Positions 49,335 to 59,235 are shown, counted from the first letter of the stretch. The stretch is DNA of 64,000 bases from an uncultured virus (IMG/VR IMGVR_UViG_3300024272_005753) (IMGVR_UViG_3300024272_005753); one strand, 5' to 3'. Numbers and translations are program-made. Notes: generated from the letters alone by a model not told the origin.

Positions 49335-49417
49335 GTATATGTAACAGTAATGACATTCTTGCTATTATAAGCGGGAATGTTTATTTATTAAGTTAGTGTT
49401 TAGAGAGGAGTTTATTT

Positions 49418-50761
49418 ATGTTTAGTAGTACTAATGTAAAAATGTTAAACAAAAACAAATATAAGACAACCGAAAAAACATTGGCTCAAAAGATATTTTT
49501 TACGTCAATGATTTTAGTAATTCTTCAATTTTTATCTCAAATTCCTATTTGGGGGATAAACCGAGATTTAATTAGTTTTTGGTTAAATAGCGACATGAGT
49601 GGTATTTTTGGAATATTTAATATTTTTTCTGGTATGTCGTTTGAGAATCTTTCATTCTTTGCTTTAGGTATTGCGCCATATATTAGCGCATCAATTATTT
49701 TGCAATTATTGAGAGTTGCAATTACTCCTTTGGACCAGATGTGTAAAGACGCACAAAATGAAAAGAAGTTTGTAGAAAAAATTACTTATGGGTTTGCAAT
49801 TATTATTGGTATTTTACAAGTGATTCCTTTGGTGATGAATTTTTCGACTAGCGGTTTATTGGTTAATAACAGTTTTTCTTGTAAGCTTTTAGTTGGTGCT
49901 TCCATCTTATTCGGTAGTGCGATAATGATTGCTTTAGGCAAGATAATTGAAAATAAGGGGATTGGTAATGGTATTTCATTAATATTGTTAATGAATATCT
50001 TGTCATCTATGCGTGGTGACTTCATAAATATTTATAATACTTTTATTTACAATAACGAAATTACAACTATTATTTTAACTGTTTTGATTGCTGTACTGGT
50101 CCTGACATTTTCTTTTGTTTCCGTTATTTATCTGTGTGAAGGGAAGAAAGATATAAAGGTTACTTTTTCTGGTAAAATGCATGGCGGGAAAATGGTTAAA
50201 TCTGCAGATAATATTATTCCCCTAAAGGTTAATATGTCTGGTGTTATGCCAGTTATTTTCGCATCTACATTAATTCAATTGATTCCTATGATTACTGCCA
50301 TACTAAATGTTTCTGAAACTAGTATCTTGAACGAAATTTCAAAATATTTTAATCAAATATATTGGTTTGATTTTTCGAATATCCAATATACTTTTGGTAT
50401 CTTAATTTATTTTGTATTGATTGTCTTTTTTTCTTATTTTTATAATATGATATCTTTCAGTTCAAAAGATATCGCTGACAATCTTAACAAGCAAGGTGGA
50501 ACAATTGCAGGTATTAGGCCAGGTAAATCAACTAAAGAGTATTTAGATGGGCAAATTAAGTATATGGTATTATTAGGTTCGTTAATGTTAATTATTATTT
50601 CTATTATTCCAATGATTATTGGTGGAGTAATCAACATTAACTTAGCTTTTGGGGGAACATCTATTATTATTGTAGTAAGCGTATTAATTGAAACTTATAA
50701 AACAATTAAATTGGAAAAACAGAGAGAAACTGTTGCTCCTAGAAGATATAGCGTATTTTAA
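49418..50761 (+). CDS. secY: Preprotein translocase subunit SecY (divergent, stand-alone)
   Basis: FALGIAPYISASIILQLL, GIGNGISL, IPLKVNMSGVMPVIFA, GIRPGKST and FGGTSIIIVV motifs. Confidence 0.93.
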   Translation: MFSSTNVKMLNKNKYKTTEKTLAQKIFFTSMILVILQFLSQIPIWGINRDLISFWLNSDMSGIFGIFNIFSGMSFENLSFFALGIAPYISASIILQLLRVAITPLDQMCKDAQNEKKFVEKITYGFAIIIGILQVIPLVMNFSTSGLLVNNSFSCKLLVGASILFGSAIMIALGKIIENKGIGNGISLILLMNILSSMRGDFINIYNTFIYNNEITTIILTVLIAVLVLTFSFVSVIYLCEGKKDIKVTFSGKMHGGKMVKSADNIIPLKVNMSGVMPVIFASTLIQLIPMITAILNVSETSILNEISKYFNQIYWFDFSNIQYTFGILIYFVLIVFFSYFYNMISFSSKDIADNLNKQGGTIAGIRPGKSTKEYLDGQIKYMVLLGSLMLIIISIIPMIIGGVININLAFGGTSIIIVVSVLIETYKTIKLEKQRETVAPRRYSVF

Positions 50762-50774
50762 GGGGGAAAACAAT

Positions 50775-50936
50775 ATGTTTAAGAAATTAAAAAATGAAAT
50801 TAACAGAATTAAATGGCCTGACAAATGGTTACTTGCTGAAGATTTAAAAGTTGTCTGTATTGGAGTGATTGGTTTAATACTTGCAATATCTATTATTGAT
50901 TGGCTTTCTAAGTTAACGCTTGGATTAATATTTTAA
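50775..50936 (+). CDS. secE: Preprotein translocase subunit SecE
   Basis: 53 aa; EINRIKWP (ExxxVxWP-like) followed by one TM helix ending IID; 13 nt downstream of secY. Confidence 0.8.
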   Translation: MFKKLKNEINRIKWPDKWLLAEDLKVVCIGVIGLILAISIIDWLSKLTLGLIF

Positions 50937-51118
50937 AACTAGTGTAATGGCTCGAGATTATTTCTCGAGCCATTATTATTTGTTTTTCTTTAGACATTTT
51001 GTCAAACAATTCTTCTATTTAATTATATCTCATATAACATTATAATGAAATTATGAAATAATTTTTTATATGATTTTTTTACAAAAAATAATAAATAACA
51101 AGGAGATGCAAAAATAAT

Positions 51119-51940
51119 ATGAAAAAGATTCTTTCGACTGTTTTATGCTTGGTTATGATATTAAGTCTAGGCGTTACTGCGTTTGCAGAAACAAATGAAT
51201 TTGTTCTTACTTATAGCAATGAAGCCAGCTATGAGATTTCTATACCTGAAAGTGGGAACATAGATGTTACTAATGGTAAAGGTACTATTACCATTGGAGT
51301 AACAGAAACTAATTTAGCAGATGGAACTGTTGTTAGTGTTACTGCTACTTCTGCCAATTATACTGATGATTCTTGGTATTTAGTTAATACTAAAGATAGT
51401 AGTGACAAGATGGCTTATACTGTTGGTACTACTGATGGTGGTAGTGATGTAGCAAGTGGTGATGAAGTTTTATCTGCTGATAGTGCTACCTCTACTACTC
51501 TTTATGTAACACTAAGTGATACAAGTAAGATAGGTACTTTTACAGATACTATTACTTTCACTAGTGAGATTGAAGCGGCTATGGCCACGGTTACGGTGAC
51601 ACATGATGCATACGATACAGAATACTGGTGGACAGACTGTCATGCCACTCTGCCAGACAGTAGCTACGTTTCCTTGAATAGCGCAGGGATATACGAACTA
51701 CCGATTGGAACAGTTATTACATGTGGGGGTGGTCATTCTTACTACAATCATAAAGATGCAAGTCTTAGTGTTTACTTAAATGGGGAAGTAGTGGAGCGAA
51801 CATCTGGTGATGGTGACGGTAGATATTGTTCCTATGAATATACGCTCAACGACAATATTACTCTTGACCCAAAAACAGATGATAGTAGATTCTCTTACGA
51901 TGGTTCTATCTATGGTGCTATTCATATCACTGAAGAATAA
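51119..51940 (+). CDS. Secreted beta-rich protein, two-module
   Basis: Signal peptide ending AFA; Thr/Ser-rich N-terminal module ending FTDTITFTS; Tyr/Asp/Gly-rich C-terminal module. Confidence 0.7.
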   Translation: MKKILSTVLCLVMILSLGVTAFAETNEFVLTYSNEASYEISIPESGNIDVTNGKGTITIGVTETNLADGTVVSVTATSANYTDDSWYLVNTKDSSDKMAYTVGTTDGGSDVASGDEVLSADSATSTTLYVTLSDTSKIGTFTDTITFTSEIEAAMATVTVTHDAYDTEYWWTDCHATLPDSSYVSLNSAGIYELPIGTVITCGGGHSYYNHKDASLSVYLNGEVVERTSGDGDGRYCSYEYTLNDNITLDPKTDDSRFSYDGSIYGAIHITEE

Positions 51941-51974
51941 AAGAGAATTTAAAATGACTTATCGAATATTAGCG

Positions 51975-52010
51975 GCAGAAACCCCTTGCTTTAGCCATGG
52001 GGTCGCTGAC
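51975..52010 (+). mobile_element. IS200/IS605-like right-end hairpin remnant
   Basis: GAAACCCCTTGCTTTAGCCATGGGGTCGCTGAC resembles the imperfect subterminal hairpin of IS200/IS605 ends; no transposase nearby. Confidence 0.45.
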
Positions 52011-52184
52011 ATCAACCCAGACTTCGGTCTGGGTTTTGTTTTATCTAAATCTCTATATATAAAATGGATTCGATTACGAGTCTTTTTTCTTTTTGGTTGT
52101 TTTATTTCTATTCTTTTCTTATATCTAAAACAATTTATAAATAAAATAATAATATCCAAATAAAAAATAAGAGAGGTTAAAAAC

Positions 52185-52775
52185 ATGAAAGGGGTATTAA
52201 AGTACAAGGTAGAAGACTGTTTCGGTGGTCACTATCATCGCTTTCCTGCAGGCACAGAAGTTTTCTTTGGCTTAGACGAAATGGAAAATATTTCGTTTGA
52301 TGGGAAGATTGAAGTCTTTATGGATGGTTTTTATGCTTGTATTCCTGTTCGGTACATTACCGACTTAACGGTAACAAGTGATGGGGACCAGCAGCTGCTC
52401 AATGCTCTTGCTGAAAAAATTAAAGAGCATAAGAAAATCTGTTGTATCGAAGCGCCTTCCGAAGAGTATAATCACTTCTTCTTGGATGGTGAAGAAAACA
52501 TCGATTTTTGCAACAATTATTTTTCTGACGAGCTGTTCGAATTTGGGTTGGGACTTTCGAGTAGGAGTTTTACCTATCCTTTAGCGATGAGAAATCTTTT
52601 TTGTGATATTGCTGTAAAGGTTGCTCTGGAAGCTGGGCTTGAGGTATATTCTATCGGAAATTACAATCTGGATAGTTGGTATGTTCTTAAGTACGTTGAT
52701 GGTAAGTGGTTGAATGTTGAAGAGGCTGACGACTATTACTCTGACCTTAACGAACTCAAAAAGAAAATTATGTAA
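52185..52775 (+). CDS. Hypothetical protein
   Basis: ORF with RBS GAGAGG. Confidence 0.6.
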   Translation: MKGVLKYKVEDCFGGHYHRFPAGTEVFFGLDEMENISFDGKIEVFMDGFYACIPVRYITDLTVTSDGDQQLLNALAEKIKEHKKICCIEAPSEEYNHFFLDGEENIDFCNNYFSDELFEFGLGLSSRSFTYPLAMRNLFCDIAVKVALEAGLEVYSIGNYNLDSWYVLKYVDGKWLNVEEADDYYSDLNELKKKIM

Positions 52776-52904
52776 AAACATGGGGGGAGAAAACGAGTTC
52801 CTACTACTTTGTTCGGGGTGGTTAGTACATATTAAGCAAAAAAAGAGAGACGGAAAGGTCTCTCTTTTTTAATAAAAAAGTCTCATCAAAAGATGAGACA
52901 AAAT

Positions 52905-53438
52905 TTAGTTGAATTTCAAATAATTATTTAAATCAAGTAGAGGTTGGAATACATAACAAGTTTCCAATTGAGTATCTACTTCTGCATCTAAAAAATAGCA
53001 ATATTCTGGTAGATTATAGTCTGTTGGTTCCAGTTTGAATAGATAATCAAACAATGTTATTTTTTGTGCCTGGACAAGAATTATTTCATTTTTATTTGTT
53101 GGGTTTTTGCCAACCAAATCTTTTAACTGAAATTCTAAATCTTTTGCATGTCTTTTAAAAGCTTCAATATTTCTTGCCGATTCATAATCAGAAGCATCAA
53201 TAAATACTGCAGACTCTTTGGCACATAACTCGTCTAGTTCTGCAAAAGATGTCTTTAGATTATTCACATCTAATTCATAAGATGCTATTAGTTTATCAAT
53301 AGTTTCTATTTTTTCTTCTTGTTTGTATTCTTTTAAAATTGCTTTCATTTCGTTTGAAATTGTGGTTAAATATCCTATACTATGTTCTTGGAAATATCTA
53401 ATCACTTCATTTTTGAGTACTGTTTTGCATTTCAGCAT
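52905..53438 (-). CDS. Hypothetical coiled-coil protein
   Basis: ORF with RBS AAGGGG and upstream TGtTATAAT. Confidence 0.55.
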   Translation of the reverse strand: MLKCKTVLKNEVIRYFQEHSIGYLTTISNEMKAILKEYKQEEKIETIDKLIASYELDVNNLKTSFAELDELCAKESAVFIDASDYESARNIEAFKRHAKDLEFQLKDLVGKNPTNKNEIILVQAQKITLFDYLFKLEPTDYNLPEYCYFLDAEVDTQLETCYVFQPLLDLNNYLKFN

Positions 53439-53572
53439 AAAAAAGGCCCCTTTCTTCTTATTGGAATATGTTCCAAACAAAATTATCTCTTTTTATTATA
53501 ACATCTTACAAATTATAATATTATATTTTTTTGCGCACAAAAAAACACGAGGATTCCCTCGTGTTTTGTATT

Positions 53573-54061
53573 TTAAAAAATAAATACCTTCACAGGCTGC
53601 TTTCTGTCATATCTGGCGTTAGTGTGGATTTCTGCGAAAAGCTTCTTGTCGCCGTACTTTTCGATGGCTTTGGCATATGTCATATTTCTCATTTCACCAT
53701 CAATATATACCAGAACTGGCTTATCATAGTTTTCAATGCCGAACAGTCGTCTATGGTTAGCGGCGTAGTCTGCAAACATGATGCTTTGTTCATAGACGTA
53801 TCTTGCAACATCAATTGTTAGATTATCAATGAGTGCAATAGTGGATGTTTCACCATCTTCGTCCCAATCTTCGAAGGATTCAGAACCTAGGTAGGCGGCA
53901 ATGATGCCTTCGTTGTACTTAGGAGGAAGTGTTACTTCCAGCATAGGAAGGTTAATGGTGCGGATTTCGCAGTTTTCAACGGAATCTGCTTCTTCGAATA
54001 AAAAAGCGTGAGGATAGCGTAGAAAATTGTCAAATTTGGCCTTGATGGTATAATTTTTCAT
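53573..54061 (-). CDS. Hypothetical protein
   Basis: ORF with RBS AGAGGT, followed by the terminator at 53540-53567. Confidence 0.6.
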   Translation of the reverse strand: MKNYTIKAKFDNFLRYPHAFLFEEADSVENCEIRTINLPMLEVTLPPKYNEGIIAAYLGSESFEDWDEDGETSTIALIDNLTIDVARYVYEQSIMFADYAANHRRLFGIENYDKPVLVYIDGEMRNMTYAKAIEKYGDKKLFAEIHTNARYDRKQPVKVFIF

Positions 54062-54249
54062 ATATTCTTACCTCTTTCTTTTGTTTGTCCTGTTTTTTCG
54101 AATCCTTTTTGCTTTTATATCTTATATTATATTCGTTTTGATAATTTTTTATTGTTAGTTATGACTTTTTTGTATCGATTCTAAAAAGACTAGATTTTTG
54201 AACAGAAATGTAATATAATTAGGATATACTTATAGAAGGAGATATAAAT

Positions 54250-54453
54250 ATGCTATCTTTTTTGATATTAACTGCGCCCATTTGGATAATTTGTTTATCT
54301 GCTGCGGTTTTTTATAAATTATTTTCAAAAAATACGAGACCAGAAATTAGATATTATTTTTCTGAAGAAGTATTTGAATCTGAATTAAAGACAAACTATA
54401 ATTCTGGTTTCGAAAAGATGAAAGAAATAGAATATTCCATTGAGTTACCTTAA
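54250..54453 (+). CDS. Small membrane protein
   Basis: RBS AAGGAG; N-terminal TM helix. Confidence 0.5.
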   Translation: MLSFLILTAPIWIICLSAAVFYKLFSKNTRPEIRYYFSEEVFESELKTNYNSGFEKMKEIEYSIELP

Positions 54454-54470
54454 CGGCGGAAGGAGAAAAA

Positions 54471-55385
54471 ATGAAAACTGAAAAAAATATATTAATTGCA
54501 TTCATCCTCAACTTGGGATTTGCGATTTTTGAATTATTTGGGGGGCTTTTTACTAATAGCGTTGCTATTATGTCTGATGCTATTCACGATATTGGAGACG
54601 CTCTTTCAATTGGGATATCTTATTTTTTAGAAAAGAAGAGTAAGAAACAAGCAGACAGTAAATATACTTATGGATATACTAGATACTCTGTTCTTGGAGC
54701 AAGTATAACATCTGCTATTCTATTAATTGGTTCTGTTTTGGTTATTTATCGAGCAATTATTCGTTTGATTAATCCCGAAATAGTCAATTATAACGGGATG
54801 ATTGTATTTGCAATTGTTGGAGTTATTATTAATTCTTTGGCCGCTTATTTTACTCACGATGGAGATTCTATAAATCAAAAAGCAGTTAATCTTCATATGT
54901 TAGAAGATGTCCTTGGATGGGTAATTGTTTTAATTGGTTCTATAGTCATGAAATTTACAGATGTTGTTTATATTGACTCTATTTTGTCTATTGGCGTTGC
55001 TTTCTTTATTTTAATCAATTCTGTAAAAATGTTATTGTCTGCAGTAGATTTATTTTTGGAAAAAACACCTCAGGGGATTTCGGTTGATGAATTGAAAAAT
55101 CATCTCTTAGAAATTGAAGGTATCATTTCTATTCATGACCTACATATTTGGAGTTTGGATGGGATAAATCATTGTGCAACACTACATGTTGTAGTTGACG
55201 ACCATTTTAAAAGTACTAAAAAGAAGGTAAGAGAAGAGTTGCATGAACATGGTATAGCTCATGTGACAATTGAAATGGAAACAGAAAATGAACCATGCGG
55301 TGAAGAGTCTGCTCATTTATTAAAGACTCCTTCCCATTCGTGCTGCGGGCATTCTCATCATGGGCATCATCACCATCATCATTAA
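54471..55385 (+). CDS. Cation diffusion facilitator (CzcD/ZitB-like) metal efflux transporter
   Basis: SDAIHD, YTYGY, LHMLED and HDLHIWS motifs; His-rich tail. Confidence 0.92.
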   Translation: MKTEKNILIAFILNLGFAIFELFGGLFTNSVAIMSDAIHDIGDALSIGISYFLEKKSKKQADSKYTYGYTRYSVLGASITSAILLIGSVLVIYRAIIRLINPEIVNYNGMIVFAIVGVIINSLAAYFTHDGDSINQKAVNLHMLEDVLGWVIVLIGSIVMKFTDVVYIDSILSIGVAFFILINSVKMLLSAVDLFLEKTPQGISVDELKNHLLEIEGIISIHDLHIWSLDGINHCATLHVVVDDHFKSTKKKVREELHEHGIAHVTIEMETENEPCGEESAHLLKTPSHSCCGHSHHGHHHHHH

Positions 55386-55399
55386 AGGAGTGATATAAT

Positions 55400-55621
55400 T
55401 TGTTACTCATTGTGTTTTATATATTGACGTTGTTTATTGTTTTCGGAGTTACATATTGGCTCAGAAAACATTTGTTAGATGTATTTGTGAAAAATAATAA
55501 TGAAAATAAAAGTTTAGAAATTATTGATTGTGTTCTTCTTCGAGATTCTGGATGTGAAATTGATAAAATAATTAGAATGCTAGAAGAAGAGGAAGTAACA
55601 ATCAATACAATTAATTTATGA
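55400..55621 (+). CDS. Small membrane protein
   Basis: RBS AAGGAG; N-terminal TM helix. Confidence 0.45.
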   Translation: MLLIVFYILTLFIVFGVTYWLRKHLLDVFVKNNNENKSLEIIDCVLLRDSGCEIDKIIRMLEEEEVTINTINL

Positions 55622-57082
55622 TTGGAGTTTTGGGGAATGTTGAACTTTTTTAAAAACAACAAGATTCCACTATTTGTTACGCTTACATTTTTAATCATCT
55701 GTACGTCTCTTTTTATGCTTGACCCAGATGTTTATTGGCATATTAAATCGGGAGAATGGATTATTCAAAATGGGATTCCACAAAAAGATACTTTTTCTTA
55801 TTGGGGAGGTAATTTTTTAGCTCACGAATGGTTATTTGATATATTGTTATATGTCTTATATTCTGTAGGTGGATTTGTTGGAATGCAAGGATTTTTCTTT
55901 GGTATTTTAGGGGTTACTTTATTCCTTTGTATGAATATAGCAAATAAAAAAGACAACCCTAATTTTCTTGTTTATTTCATTCCTTTTATCTTGTTATTAA
56001 GATACGTAGGGTTAATTTCTGCCAGACCACACATGATATCTTTGCTTTTTATTGTGATTGAACTATACATATTGCATAATAAGAAGTATAATTTGTTGTG
56101 GTTATTACCAATATTTACACTATTTATTGCGAATGTTCATGGTGGTTCAGTATTGATTTTGGCATTAATACTTGTTGTATATTTGGTTGATTATATTTTT
56201 AACAATTTGGGGGATTTAGATAAAAAATTTATCATCAAAAATATCGTAACAGTTCTTATTATGGTAGTTACTATGGTAATTACCCCTTATGGAGCCGAGT
56301 GTGCTCTTTATGGCACTAATTTACCTGATTTAGTCATGGACAATGTTACTGAGTGGTTGCCATTAATTCAGGGTTCTTTTGATATTCCTATGTTATTCTT
56401 GGCGCTTGTTCCTTTGGCTTGTATGGCTTATACAAAAGATGCGAAACTCATTGATATACTTATGCTTTGTATGGGTTTTATGATGTGTATTATTTGGTGT
56501 CGTATGATTACAATATATGTTTGTATATATTTAATTTATGGGTCTGGTTATATTCATAGGACCTTTGTAGATATATTTAACAAATTAAAATTAAACTTTG
56601 GGGTTAGATTAAAAAAGGCAAATCAACAAATTGTTGATACTACAATTTTTGTAGTATTAGCAGTTTTATTGGCATTTAATATTTCTGATATTTCGTTTGA
56701 AAAGTCTGAGGAGAAAGCGAGCGTTTCTCCTACAATAATTAAAAATTACATTGAAGAAAACAATATTGATGTTACTAATAACATCATGTTGAATGATTAT
56801 AATTTTGGGGGATATTTTATTTTTAATGGATACAAAGTATTTATGGATGGGCGAAATGACGTTTATCTAGATACTTTTGGAAGCCCAAATGTTCTTCCTG
56901 ATTATTTTGATATTGATAACGTTGAAAAAAATATTGATGAATTATTAGACAAATATGATGTCAAATATTTTGCAATTTATACAGATTCTGACCTCCATAG
57001 TTATCTGGTAGACAATGGGATTGCAAAAGAATTGGTTTTTGATGAAAAATATGTGTTCTTAGAAAAAATAAATAAATCCTAG
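55622..57082 (+). CDS. Polytopic membrane protein, GT-C glycosyltransferase-like
   Basis: DPDVYWHI..G, HEWL, ARP, ANVHGG and FMDGRNDVY motifs; many TM helices (true start may be 55637). Confidence 0.55.
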   Translation: MEFWGMLNFFKNNKIPLFVTLTFLIICTSLFMLDPDVYWHIKSGEWIIQNGIPQKDTFSYWGGNFLAHEWLFDILLYVLYSVGGFVGMQGFFFGILGVTLFLCMNIANKKDNPNFLVYFIPFILLLRYVGLISARPHMISLLFIVIELYILHNKKYNLLWLLPIFTLFIANVHGGSVLILALILVVYLVDYIFNNLGDLDKKFIIKNIVTVLIMVVTMVITPYGAECALYGTNLPDLVMDNVTEWLPLIQGSFDIPMLFLALVPLACMAYTKDAKLIDILMLCMGFMMCIIWCRMITIYVCIYLIYGSGYIHRTFVDIFNKLKLNFGVRLKKANQQIVDTTIFVVLAVLLAFNISDISFEKSEEKASVSPTIIKNYIEENNIDVTNNIMLNDYNFGGYFIFNGYKVFMDGRNDVYLDTFGSPNVLPDYFDIDNVEKNIDELLDKYDVKYFAIYTDSDLHSYLVDNGIAKELVFDEKYVFLEKINKS

Positions 57083-57111
57083 ATTATATTTTAAAAAGGA
57101 GCTGTTTTAAA

Positions 57112-58944
57112 ATGATGAAAAAGAGTTTTTCTATTCTTTTGACGTTATTGTTATGTTTTAGTATGCTTGCTGGTTGTGGAGGAAATAAAGATATAAAGAC
57201 TCCTAACGTTCCAGAATCATCTGATATTGGGAACCAACAGCAAGAAAACATTGAGAAAATTGAGAATGTTTTAGAAATTGATGGGATTAAAATTGAATTA
57301 TCTGATACTGAGGTATTAGTTGATGGCGTAATTGCATCCACTGATAATACTCAAGCTGTTTATGTCGCTAATGACATAGTTTATTATGAAGAAGGCAAGG
57401 ATTTCACTTATGGTGAAGGCACCGAATCTGATGCACATAGCAAGGAAGATGCGGATAAGCATACAGTAGTTCATATTACTAAGCCTGGTAATTATGTTTT
57501 GAGTGGTAAAATTTTAGCTGGACAGGTTGCTGTTGATTTAGGTGAAGAGGCAAAAACGGATGCCAATGCAGTAGTTACGCTCTATTTAAATGGAGTTGAT
57601 ATTACAAATACTGTTGCTCCTGGTATTATTTTTTATAACGTATATGAATGTTATCCTGATGCTACTGAGGAAACAGCCACTAAGGATGTGGATACCTCTG
57701 CTGCAGGTGCTAATGTTGTAATTGTTGATGATACTACAAATACAGTAAGTGGCTCTTATGTTGCCCGTATTTATAAGGAAGACTCTGTGGTTTTGAGCGA
57801 AGATGGTAAATCGGTTGAAGATGCTAAGAAACTTCATAAGTATGATGCTGCTTTCTATTCTAAAATGACTATGAATGTAACTGGTGGAGATAAAGGAACT
57901 GGTATTCTTAATATTCAGGCAGAAAATGAAGGGCTTGATAGCGAACTTCATTTAACTATTAATGGCGGTATTATCAATATTGAATCTGGTAATGATGGTA
58001 TTAATACAAACGAAGATTATGTTTCTGTTACTACTATCAATGGTGGTACTGTTAATATTTTGGTTGATGGTTCTACTGGCGAAGGTGATGGTATCGACTC
58101 TAACGGTTGGTTAGTTATTAATGGTGGTACTGTTATTGCTCAGGCTTGTAGTATTAGTGGTGATGCTGGTATCGATTCTGATATGGGAATTCATATTAAT
58201 GGTGGTAAAGTGTTTGCTACTGGTAATATGCTTGACCATATTTCTGAAAGCGAAGAAACATTTGCTGTATTTAATTTTTCAGAATCTCAAGATTCTGGAG
58301 TTTATACATTAAAGAATTCTAACGGTGTTATTGTCACTGAGCAAGAAATAATGAATAACTTTATGTATTTAATTATTGCTGGTGACCTTGCTGCTGGTGA
58401 ATATACACTTTGGAAAGAAGATGTTCAATTTGCTGGTGCATTTGTTGAAGGTATGAGCGGTATGGGCCGTCCTGGTATGGGCGGTGGAATGAGACTTAAA
58501 GGAGAAATTCCAGAAGGTTTTAACCCAGAAACAATGAAGCCTATGAATCCTCCCGAGGGTGGTTTTATTCCTGAAGGTGGCGAACGTCCTGCTGATGGGG
58601 ATGTTCGTATTCCAGAGTTTCCTGTTGGTGGTATGCCTGGTGAGAAAGTTGAAATTCCTACTGTTCCTAGCGAAATCGGGAACAATTGGAGAGTTGATAA
58701 TGTAGAAGTTGGGATAACTGGTGGCAGTGCTATTACTATGGAACGTCCTGAGAAACCTGATAGAGAGAATATGACTCCTCCTGAAGGTGGCTTCCAAGGA
58801 AGTGGTGCTGGATTTGAAGGGCCTCATAGACCTGGTTCTGGTAGTGGATGGGGTGCTGGTTCTTCTGAAGTTTCCACAACTTTTAATATTGTAGATGGCG
58901 CGAACTACTTTGTTTCTGTACAGAAATCTGTAGCTGTAGATTAA
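57112..58944 (+). CDS. Lipoprotein with Cthe_2159-like (DUF4353) carbohydrate-binding beta-helix
   Basis: Lipobox LAGC; ITKPGNYVLSG; repeated INGG...DGIDSNG; Pro/Gly/Met-rich insert. Confidence 0.8.
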   Translation: MMKKSFSILLTLLLCFSMLAGCGGNKDIKTPNVPESSDIGNQQQENIEKIENVLEIDGIKIELSDTEVLVDGVIASTDNTQAVYVANDIVYYEEGKDFTYGEGTESDAHSKEDADKHTVVHITKPGNYVLSGKILAGQVAVDLGEEAKTDANAVVTLYLNGVDITNTVAPGIIFYNVYECYPDATEETATKDVDTSAAGANVVIVDDTTNTVSGSYVARIYKEDSVVLSEDGKSVEDAKKLHKYDAAFYSKMTMNVTGGDKGTGILNIQAENEGLDSELHLTINGGIINIESGNDGINTNEDYVSVTTINGGTVNILVDGSTGEGDGIDSNGWLVINGGTVIAQACSISGDAGIDSDMGIHINGGKVFATGNMLDHISESEETFAVFNFSESQDSGVYTLKNSNGVIVTEQEIMNNFMYLIIAGDLAAGEYTLWKEDVQFAGAFVEGMSGMGRPGMGGGMRLKGEIPEGFNPETMKPMNPPEGGFIPEGGERPADGDVRIPEFPVGGMPGEKVEIPTVPSEIGNNWRVDNVEVGITGGSAITMERPEKPDRENMTPPEGGFQGSGAGFEGPHRPGSGSGWGAGSSEVSTTFNIVDGANYFVSVQKSVAVD

Positions 58945-59006
58945 TAATTAATCTCTACCTGGAAACCAGGTAGAGATTCTTTTTTGTTTTTTAAAATAAA
59001 AAACAA

Positions 59007-59235
59007 ATATAAATTATTGTTTTCTGCTGGTTAACAGCTCGCCGTGCACGCAGGGGTCCCCTGCAAACTAATTGCTGCTACAATAATAAATATATTTATA
59101 GTATTTAGTTTTCTTGTAGCAGCTCAGCATCTGAAGACTTCCTGGGTCCCTGTTGTGTGTATATTATTAGAATATTTTTTATATAAAAAATATTCTTTTT
59201 TGGACGGCTTGGCTGCGGCTGGTTTTCGTGCTGCG
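59007..59235. repeat. Intergenic block of palindromes and motifs shared with 60238-60405
   Basis: GCAGGGG-T-CCCCTGC; GCTGCTACAA...TTGTAGCAGC; CTGGGTCCCTG; ATATAAATTATTGTTTT. Confidence 0.6.

Noticed and set aside
51575..51940. Diversity-generating retroelement target
   Set aside because: No template repeat or reverse transcriptase is visible in the window, so it is kept only as a mosaic-gene observation.
55350..55385. Poly-His tail suggesting an engineered tag
   Set aside because: His-rich tails are natural in CDF metal transporters, and no vector sequence is present.
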